Made by a program: the position numbers and the translations under genes. A DNA stretch of 51,804 nt from Prevotellaceae bacterium (GTDB lineage: Bacteria > Bacteroidota > Bacteroidia > Bacteroidales > Bacteroidaceae): contig JAJPYT010000023.1 of the NCBI GenBank assembly GCA_021204845.1, positions 1 through 51,804 on the forward strand, read 5' to 3'. Numbering within the stretch: the stretch's first letter is position 1; the number at the start of each line of letters is the position of its first letter. Below are positions 1-6,694 of this stretch, in pieces. The notes under the pieces were generated by a model. The model searched no databases. It saw only the letters and a list, made by a program, of their open reading frames with translations, and was not told the DNA's origin.

Positions 1-104
1 CCATAGAATTTTCCGCTGCAAAGTTCGTCGAGGGTAAGGTTCTCGCCAGCCCGCACGCCGCATGCGAATGTGAGGGCGAAAAGGAAGAATAGTAGTTTTC
101 TCAT
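1..104 (-). CDS. 5' end of an exported protein whose gene continues past the window start; possibly an S9/DPP-IV-type peptidase
   Basis: Reverse-strand ATG at 104-102 translates to MRKLLFFLFALTFACGVRAGENLTLDELCSGKFY, a hydrophobic signal peptide. Only 34 codons are visible, so the family call is a guess. Confidence 0.4.
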   Translation of the reverse strand, partial: MRKLLFFLFALTFACGVRAGENLTLDELCSGKFY

Positions 105-128
105 TGTTACAAGTAGTTTATTTATGAG

Positions 129-136
129 CAAAGATA
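129..136 (-). promoter_or_regulatory. Bacteroidetes-type -7 box TATCTTTG (TAnnTTTG)
   Basis: The plus strand reads caaagata. The box lies 25 nt upstream of the ATG at 104. Confidence 0.5.
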
Positions 137-215
137 ATAAAATGTTGGTGAAATACAGTAATGTAAATCCAATTTTTATTGTTTCGGCATTTCTGGAAGG
201 AAGGGCTTCCCTCTC

Positions 216-1271
216 TTACACTCCCAAGAAATCGGAGGCTATCTTATCCAATTGCTCCCGTATGACCGTGAAATCACAGTTTAAGTTCAATGTCTTAACA
301 GCTATTTTATTGCCGCTCATGCTGTATGTGCAGTCTGGTAAATCCCTCTCGTCCGTCTGCGCGTATAGCAGCATGCCCGACACTTCGTGCAGCTTGTCTT
401 TCAGGTTCTGCTCCTTATTCTTCACGTAGGTGAAAATCTGGTATAAGTTCTGCGAATGCAGTGAGCCGCCGTAAGGGCCTTGTGTGACTATGTGTCCATA
501 GTATTTTGCATCTATTATCAGCACTTTATCCTTGTGGGTAAGCGTCACGTCAGTCTGCATTATTGGCAACATGGTGCGGGTGTCATCGTCCAATGCCCAA
601 GGAATTTGTGAGGCGCTCACTTGCAGCTGGGGGAACTCTTTCGCGTAATAGGCGAGGAGGAATTTCTCGTAAAGGCGGCACATTCGCTGTTCGTCCACGA
701 AAGACATCAGGCGGTTCAATCCCTTTTCCGAGGAGAGCAACATCCCCTCTATTATCAGCTGGCAGAGGCTCACGAGCATTCTGTAAGTCTGGTTGTTACG
801 GTGGAAGCGTATGCCTTGCCATGCTACAGTGACGGGATTTATGTTGCGGATATCAGAGAAAAATGCCATTTCCTTTTTCAGGATGTCTTTGCGCTCTTTA
901 TCCACATCGTGGCTTTGCAGCAGCAGGGACACCGTGGCTTTAAGTATCTGATTCAGGAGGTTATTCTCCGATAGTTCGTCGTATTCGCAGGTTAGCACCC
1001 TTCGGCGGGCAATCTGGTTGCGTATAGTTCCCGCCATGTCTATTTTGCCACGCACGAGGGGTATGTCCTCGGTGTGGCTCAAATATTCGCGGTAAAGCCC
1101 CTGTTTCAGTTGTTGACTGATGCCTTTGCCCAAGATGGCGGCAAACAGATTATGAATATTGTCGAACTGCTCGGTGGCGATATCTTCATAGTTTTGCTGC
1201 CTAAGCACTTGAAATGCATAGGAAAGCATATAATAGATGTTCTTTATGAAGATGTGTTCGTTCTGCTTCAT
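216..1271 (-). CDS. mcrC: McrC-like subunit of a McrBC type IV (modification-dependent) restriction system
   Basis: The C-terminal nuclease core contains VLIIDAKYY (PD-(D/E)xK-type D..K). The ATG at 1271 overlaps the mcrB stop as ATGA. The track ORF start at 1301 is a GTG and is less likely. Confidence 0.8.
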   Translation of the reverse strand: MKQNEHIFIKNIYYMLSYAFQVLRQQNYEDIATEQFDNIHNLFAAILGKGISQQLKQGLYREYLSHTEDIPLVRGKIDMAGTIRNQIARRRVLTCEYDELSENNLLNQILKATVSLLLQSHDVDKERKDILKKEMAFFSDIRNINPVTVAWQGIRFHRNNQTYRMLVSLCQLIIEGMLLSSEKGLNRLMSFVDEQRMCRLYEKFLLAYYAKEFPQLQVSASQIPWALDDDTRTMLPIMQTDVTLTHKDKVLIIDAKYYGHIVTQGPYGGSLHSQNLYQIFTYVKNKEQNLKDKLHEVSGMLLYAQTDERDLPDCTYSMSGNKIAVKTLNLNCDFTVIREQLDKIASDFLGV

Positions 1272-3292
1272 TCCAGTATGGCTCGCAAGGCGCTCTGCCA
1301 CCTTTCCACTTTTGAGGCATCGTCAAACCAAAATTCCTCCAGCATGGGCAGTATATCGAAATCCAGCACTTGCCGCATTTTCTCCACGGTGCACTCGTCT
1401 TTCTCCCAATTGCAGAAATAGCTGTGACCTATGCGGAATCCTTTTCCCAAGGCATTGTCGTTCGTGATGGCGTGGTTCAGTTCCTTCACTTTTTCTATCA
1501 ACAGGTTGAACCTCTCATTCCCCAGATGCTCTTTGTATTGCCTGAAGCTGTCGGAATCAAAAGCTGGAGCCATTTCGTAGAAGCTGAACCGCCGGCGCAG
1601 GGCATAGTCAATCATAGCCAAACTTCTGTCTGCCGTGTTCATCATGCCAATAATGTGCAGGTTCACTGGGACTGAGAACTGCCTGCCGTCGTATGCGAGG
1701 GTGGTCTTCTTCCCTCTGTAATCTTTTTCAATCAGCATCAGCAGTTCACCGAATATCTTGCTCATATTGCCGCGGTTTATTTCGTCGATTATGAAGAAGA
1801 AGTCTTTCTCTGGCTCATTAGCCGCCTTAAGGCAGAATGTGTAGAAGATTCCTTGCCTCAATTCAAAGCCGCTCTCGGAGGGTTTATAGCCCAACATGAA
1901 ATCCTCGTATGAGTAGCTTTGATGGAACTGCACAAACTCGATTCTGCTGTCGTTGCATTCGCCCATTATGGAGTAGGCGAGCCGCTTTGCCGCAAATGTC
2001 TTCCCAACGCCTGGCGCTCCCTGCAGAATCAGGTTCTTCTTGTTCTTCAATACAGCTACCACTTTGTCATATTCCGCCTCCGACATAAAGACCTCGCTGA
2101 GGAAATCTTCCTTGGTGTATTTCTTTGATGTAGTTGTGTCAGGTGGGACTGGCAGAACTGATGGGGCAATATTAAGCAATAGTTCGTCTATCGTCATGCC
2201 AAAATACGGCTTCAGTATTAATTCTTCACACAAATCATTTTCATCACCTATCTTTATGCACGTTGAGTTTTCGTTCGGTGTCCACCATTTCTTGGTGTTT
2301 GTGTAGGGAGCATTATTTTTAGACTCAGCTATCACTTCATACCCTCTTTCTTGCCAGTTACCGCCTATCTCTGGATTAGGACTTGCTTCGTTGCTTGTGA
2401 ATTTACCTAATAATTGAATGCTGTTCCCGTAACAAAGGTAAAAGAAGTCTCCTTTCTTTATGTTTTTCACGAAGTCATCGCCCTGAGTTACTCTTGACAA
2501 TGCCTTTGCTTTCGTTTGTCCGTCAACCACTACCACTTTACGTTCTCTAAATGTATTCAGGTAATTATGCAATACGCTTGAGCCATGACTGATTTTCCAT
2601 ACGTTCTTGCTATATCGGCTTGATATGTAATATCCGATATCTATAGTCAGCGTCCTATACTCAGGGTCGGGGTAGCAGTCAGAAGAAAGTTGTGATTTAA
2701 ATATGTCCGTTAGTTCTTGGTCTGCGGATATATATTCGCAAATTTCATCGTACATTGAGTAAAAGCATGTTAGTTTATCTTTGTTAGTGCCTGTCCTAAT
2801 TTCATAGTCACTATGGAGTACGGAAATATTCAGCTTGACTATACCGAATTTATAAATGTAATATTTATCAGGGAATCGCAGCCATAAGTATGTGGAGACG
2901 GCATTCTCTGTTTGGTAATGTTGTCTGGCATCTGGTATATATTTCTCTTTTAGCTTTTTAGCCTTGTCTTTAAATTCCAATATACGTTCCACAACATTCC
3001 TGCTTTCATCGAAGAGAGCTTTAAATAGCTCTCTCACTTCCTCTGGCGCTACATCTGCGAGTTTCTCTATTATTCCGCATGGAAAGAAGTTGTTAGAGGC
3101 CAGAAGATTATTCGTTTTAGATAGGGATTTCTTAAGCATCTGGGAGAATGTGCCGCTATCTGTATTTATATCCCAGTTGTCTTGAAAAGTTTTTACCGCC
3201 TCCCATTTATATTTCTCATCTTTCCACCATGTGGAGGCAAACTCTTCCTTATACTTTACTAATATTGTCTTTAGACGCTCTTTGTCAATCAT
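1268..3292 (-). CDS. mcrB: McrB-like AAA+ GTPase subunit with a long uncharacterised N-terminal region (674 aa)
   Basis: Motifs seen are Walker A LILQGAPGVGKT, Walker B FFFIIDEINRGN, the McrB-type GTP motif MMNTADRS, and RRRFSF. The start is taken at ATG 3292 (MIDKERLK), preceded by AAGGAGG. The track ORF extension to 3544 overlaps yggS and is Arg/Pro-rich junk. Confidence 0.85.
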   Translation of the reverse strand: MIDKERLKTILVKYKEEFASTWWKDEKYKWEAVKTFQDNWDINTDSGTFSQMLKKSLSKTNNLLASNNFFPCGIIEKLADVAPEEVRELFKALFDESRNVVERILEFKDKAKKLKEKYIPDARQHYQTENAVSTYLWLRFPDKYYIYKFGIVKLNISVLHSDYEIRTGTNKDKLTCFYSMYDEICEYISADQELTDIFKSQLSSDCYPDPEYRTLTIDIGYYISSRYSKNVWKISHGSSVLHNYLNTFRERKVVVVDGQTKAKALSRVTQGDDFVKNIKKGDFFYLCYGNSIQLLGKFTSNEASPNPEIGGNWQERGYEVIAESKNNAPYTNTKKWWTPNENSTCIKIGDENDLCEELILKPYFGMTIDELLLNIAPSVLPVPPDTTTSKKYTKEDFLSEVFMSEAEYDKVVAVLKNKKNLILQGAPGVGKTFAAKRLAYSIMGECNDSRIEFVQFHQSYSYEDFMLGYKPSESGFELRQGIFYTFCLKAANEPEKDFFFIIDEINRGNMSKIFGELLMLIEKDYRGKKTTLAYDGRQFSVPVNLHIIGMMNTADRSLAMIDYALRRRFSFYEMAPAFDSDSFRQYKEHLGNERFNLLIEKVKELNHAITNDNALGKGFRIGHSYFCNWEKDECTVEKMRQVLDFDILPMLEEFWFDDASKVERWQSALRAILE

Positions 3293-3298
3293 GCTTAT

Positions 3299-3305
3299 CC
3301 TCCTT
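3299..3305 (-). promoter_or_regulatory. Shine-Dalgarno-like AAGGAGG, 6 nt upstream of the mcrB ATG
   Basis: The plus strand reads cctcctt, so the minus strand reads caAGGAGGataagcATG. Confidence 0.5.
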
Positions 3306-3327
3306 GTGTTTTCCTTTTGATTTACGG

Positions 3328-3996
3328 TCAGTACACTCTCTCGCCAAATATTTTGCTGCCCACTCTTATCAGGGTGCTGCCGTGGCGGAGGGCTATCTGG
3401 TAGTCGTGGCTCATGCCCCACGAGCATTCGCGGAAGGCGGGCTGGTGGGCGAAGTATGTGTCGCGCAGGTGCAGGAAGAACTGGTGTGCGGTCTCGAATT
3501 CCTGGGCTATCTGGCGCTCGTCGTCCACGTTGGAAGCCATGCACATCACGCCCCTTATTTCAGCGCCGTTGAGAGCTTGCCATGCGCCAGAGGCGAGATA
3601 AGACTCGCACTCCTCTGTGCTGAAGCCATATTTCGTCTCCTCCTGCGCCACGTGTAGCTCCAGCAGGCAGGGAATGCGCCTGCCCTGGCGCACGCCCTGG
3701 CGGCTAATCTCCGCCAGCAGCTTGGGCGTGTCAACCGCATGAATAAGGGAGACGTAGGGAGCGATATACTTCACCTTGTTGGTTTGCAGATGCCCGATAA
3801 AGTGCCACTCTATGTCCTCCTGCGGCAGCTGCTCACGCTTCATTTGCATCTCCTGCACGTGGCTCTCGCCGAATATGCGTTGCCCCGCGTCGTAAGCCTC
3901 CTGCAAGGCGCTCACGGGGTGATATTTCGACACGGCGACCAGCCTTGTACCCTCGGGCAGTTCCTCCTTTATTTCCTGTAAGATATCGCTAATCAT
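3328..3996 (-). CDS. yggS: YggS-family pyridoxal-phosphate homeostasis protein
   Basis: Sequence includes LVAVSKYHP (PLP lysine) and WHFIGHLQTNKVKY, at the typical ~220 aa length. An ATGA overlap joins it to the upstream gene at 3993-3996. Confidence 0.85.
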   Translation of the reverse strand: MISDILQEIKEELPEGTRLVAVSKYHPVSALQEAYDAGQRIFGESHVQEMQMKREQLPQEDIEWHFIGHLQTNKVKYIAPYVSLIHAVDTPKLLAEISRQGVRQGRRIPCLLELHVAQEETKYGFSTEECESYLASGAWQALNGAEIRGVMCMASNVDDERQIAQEFETAHQFFLHLRDTYFAHQPAFRECSWGMSHDYQIALRHGSTLIRVGSKIFGERVY

Positions 3997-4436
3997 CCCT
4001 CTGCCTTATAGTGAAAAATGTCCATGATAGCTGTCTCCGCCATGCTTACAATCAGGTAGTCAGCCATGCCTCCAGCCATGTAAGCGTCAAGGTTTTTAAT
4101 GGCTATCCGCAGGTCTTGCCCTTGCACGAGCATGTTGTGGTTAGAGCGTTTCTCCTGCCCCGTCTTCTCGTCCAGGCTCACGAACGCCACCTTCGCCTTG
4201 AACCAACGGTCGTCGCCTCCGTCGTTGCTCTCTATGAGTTCGCTGAATCTCGCTTTCTTGATGTCGCTTACCTCATATTCCACGCCAGCCACGAATGGCT
4301 CAATCTCCTCCAGAAACCTTGCCTCCGCCTCGGTGAAGCTCAGCGCCTCCACTATGTAAGGCTCGGTCACTCTCTTTATCAGCCCGTTCTCCATAGTCTT
4401 CTCGTAGCGGACTTTGCACTCAAAATACTGTGTCAT
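3993..4436 (-). CDS. Conserved Bacteroidetes protein of unknown function (DUF4494-like)
   Basis: The 147-aa protein begins MTQYFECKVRYEKTMENGLIKRVTEPYIVEALSFTEAEARF, which matches my recollection of the DUF4494 family. No functional motif was seen. Confidence 0.55.
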   Translation of the reverse strand: MTQYFECKVRYEKTMENGLIKRVTEPYIVEALSFTEAEARFLEEIEPFVAGVEYEVSDIKKARFSELIESNDGGDDRWFKAKVAFVSLDEKTGQEKRSNHNMLVQGQDLRIAIKNLDAYMAGGMADYLIVSMAETAIMDIFHYKAEG

Positions 4437-4443
4437 GATGTTA

Positions 4444-6354
4444 TTATCTTTTATTTCTTTTACGTTCGAACAATTTCTCTATCAGGTCCGCCCTGCCCAT
4501 GCGACGCAGCTCGCTGGTTATGCGCCCTCGCTCCTCTGGCTTATACCAGAAGAAGAACATCCTCTGGCTTTGCTTATTCTCGGGCGTGCGTGCCGAGTAA
4601 ATCTTTTCCATCGTGTAGGGGTTGTAGCCCGTTGCCCACGCCTCGGTAGCCATGGTCATCGGTGTGGGCGTAAAGTCCTGCACCTGCTCTAACTGGAAGT
4701 CCAAGCCTTTTGTCACCACTGCCAGTTCCGCCATGTCCTCTGCCCTGCAGCCTGGGTGACCGCTTATGAAGTAAGGCACAATCTGCTGGCGCAGCCCCTC
4801 CTGTCGGCAAATATCGTCGAATATCCGCTTGAACTGGCGGAACAGCTCGAAGGGAGGCTTGCGCATCACCTCCAGCACATGCCTGGCAGTGTGCTCGGGA
4901 GCCACTTTCAGCCGCCCGCTCACGTGCCTCACTATCAGTTCGCGCGTGTATTCCCTTGCCGCCCTGTTCACCGCCTCGTCCGGGCTCTGGTGCAACAGCA
5001 GGTCATAGCGCACTCCGCTGCCTATGAAACTCTTCTTTATGCCCGGCAGGGCGTCCACCGCATGGTATACCTCCAGCAGCGGACGGTGGTCAGTATTGAG
5101 ATTAGGGCACACCTGTGGATGAATGCACGAGGGGCGCTTACAGGCGGCGCAAGCCTTCTGGTTCTTCCCGCTCATCATGTACATGTTAGCCGATGGCCCT
5201 CCCAAGTCGCTTATATAACCCTTGAAGCCAGGCATATCCATCACCCGCCTCACCTCGCTCAGGATGCTCTCTTTCGAGCGGCTGACTATGAACTTACCCT
5301 GGTGGGCGGATATGGTGCAGAAGGCGCAGCCCCCGAAGCAGCCGCGGTGGAGGCAGACTGAGAATTTTATCATCTCGTAGGCTGGAATGCGTTTCCCCCT
5401 GTATTTCGGGTGGGGCAGGCGAGTGTAAGGCAGGTCAAACGAGTGGTCGAGCTCTGCCGTGCTCATGGGAGGGTAGGGCGGAGCTACCACCACGTAGCGC
5501 TCCCCGGTTCGCTGAATCAGCCTTCGGGCATGCAGTTTGTTGCTCTCTTCCTCTATGTGCATGAAGTTTTCCGCCTGTTTTCGCGGGTCTGCCAGGCAGT
5601 CCTCGTGGCTGTGCAGCACCAAGTCTTCCGTGTCTTCCCTGGCAGGCACCGTGTCACATAGCATCGCGGTCTGGGGCACTTGCCGCTCCCCCAGCAGAGC
5701 TTTGGCGAAAGCCTCGCGCCCTATGCACGCTTGCCCCTGCCCGTCGTAGGCGAGTGTCTCGTCACATTCCTCTATCAGTCTTACCAGTCTGCGGCTTATC
5801 TCCCTTGTGGGCATCTCTCCCATTCCGTAGACCACCAGGTCAGCCCCCGATGGCAAGAGAATGCTGGGCAAGAATTTCTCCTGCCAATAGTCGTAGTGGG
5901 TAAGCCGCCGCAACGAAGCCTCTATGCCTCCCAGCACAATAGGCACGTTGGGATAGAGCTGTCGCAGGATACGGGAGTAGACGATTGTGGGATATTCCGG
6001 CCTCATGTCGTGCCTTCCGTCGGGCGAGTAAGCATCCTCGCTTCTCAGCCTTCGGGCGGCAGTGTATTTGTTCACCATCGAGTCCATGCAGCCAGGCGCT
6101 ATGCCAAACCACAGGCGTGGTCTCCCCAGTCGGCGGAAGTCACGCAGGTCTCCATGCCAGTCGGGCTGCGGCACTATGGCTACACGCAGCCCCTCAGCCT
6201 CCAGCAGACGGCCAATAACCGCCACTCCAAACGAGGGGTGGTCCACGTAGGCGTCTCCCGATAAGAGAATCACGTCAGCCTCAGTCCACCCCCGCAGCGC
6301 CATTTCCTTGCGTGTCGTGGGCAGCCAGTCCGTCAGCCTTAGCCCCTCGCCCAT
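4444..6354 (-). CDS. ygiQ: YgiQ-family radical SAM protein
   Basis: The N-terminus reads LPTTRKEMALRGW...LLSGDAYVDHPSFG and the radical-SAM cluster motif is CFGGCAFC. The 636-aa length is typical of UPF0313/YgiQ. Confidence 0.85.
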   Translation of the reverse strand: MGEGLRLTDWLPTTRKEMALRGWTEADVILLSGDAYVDHPSFGVAVIGRLLEAEGLRVAIVPQPDWHGDLRDFRRLGRPRLWFGIAPGCMDSMVNKYTAARRLRSEDAYSPDGRHDMRPEYPTIVYSRILRQLYPNVPIVLGGIEASLRRLTHYDYWQEKFLPSILLPSGADLVVYGMGEMPTREISRRLVRLIEECDETLAYDGQGQACIGREAFAKALLGERQVPQTAMLCDTVPAREDTEDLVLHSHEDCLADPRKQAENFMHIEEESNKLHARRLIQRTGERYVVVAPPYPPMSTAELDHSFDLPYTRLPHPKYRGKRIPAYEMIKFSVCLHRGCFGGCAFCTISAHQGKFIVSRSKESILSEVRRVMDMPGFKGYISDLGGPSANMYMMSGKNQKACAACKRPSCIHPQVCPNLNTDHRPLLEVYHAVDALPGIKKSFIGSGVRYDLLLHQSPDEAVNRAAREYTRELIVRHVSGRLKVAPEHTARHVLEVMRKPPFELFRQFKRIFDDICRQEGLRQQIVPYFISGHPGCRAEDMAELAVVTKGLDFQLEQVQDFTPTPMTMATEAWATGYNPYTMEKIYSARTPENKQSQRMFFFWYKPEERGRITSELRRMGRADLIEKLFERKRNKR

Positions 6355-6367
6355 GATGCTTGCCGCT

Positions 6368-6694
6368 TCAGTTCTTTCCCTCAGCCTCCGTTTTCCCGCT
6401 CTCCTGCTGCTGCCAGTTTATATAGAGGCAGATGAGCTGGTGCAGGGCGAAGGCTTTCATGTTGTCATGGAAAAGCACATCCTTGCAGAGCGTGAGCAGC
6501 GATTCCTCTCCGTTATGCGCCTCCAGCAGTTGGCGCACATTCAGTCGCAGCTTCTCCACCACGGTCTCGTCCACTATGCCATTGCTGTCCAGCAGGTCGC
6601 TGAAGAGGGCGAACCGTTTGATAGTCTCCAAGTGCCCGTCGCATATTTCCATTGTGCGCGAGCCCTTCGGGTTAGCTTGAATTGTGTGTTTCAT
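6368..6694 (-). CDS. Hypothetical protein, 108 aa
   Basis: The ATG at 6694 (MKHTIQANPKG...) shares one nucleotide with the upstream stop (TAATG). The longer track ORF (to 7123) overlaps the upstream gene in another frame. No family was recognised. Confidence 0.5.
   Translation of the reverse strand: MKHTIQANPKGSRTMEICDGHLETIKRFALFSDLLDSNGIVDETVVEKLRLNVRQLLEAHNGEESLLTLCKDVLFHDNMKAFALHQLICLYINWQQQESGKTEAEGKN

Noticed and set aside
3293-3544. N-terminal extension of the mcrB track ORF (84 extra codons)
   Set aside because: The extension overlaps yggS in another frame and translates to Arg/Pro-rich sequence. An internal ATG at 3292 with an AAGGAGG 6 nt upstream gives a sensible N-terminus.
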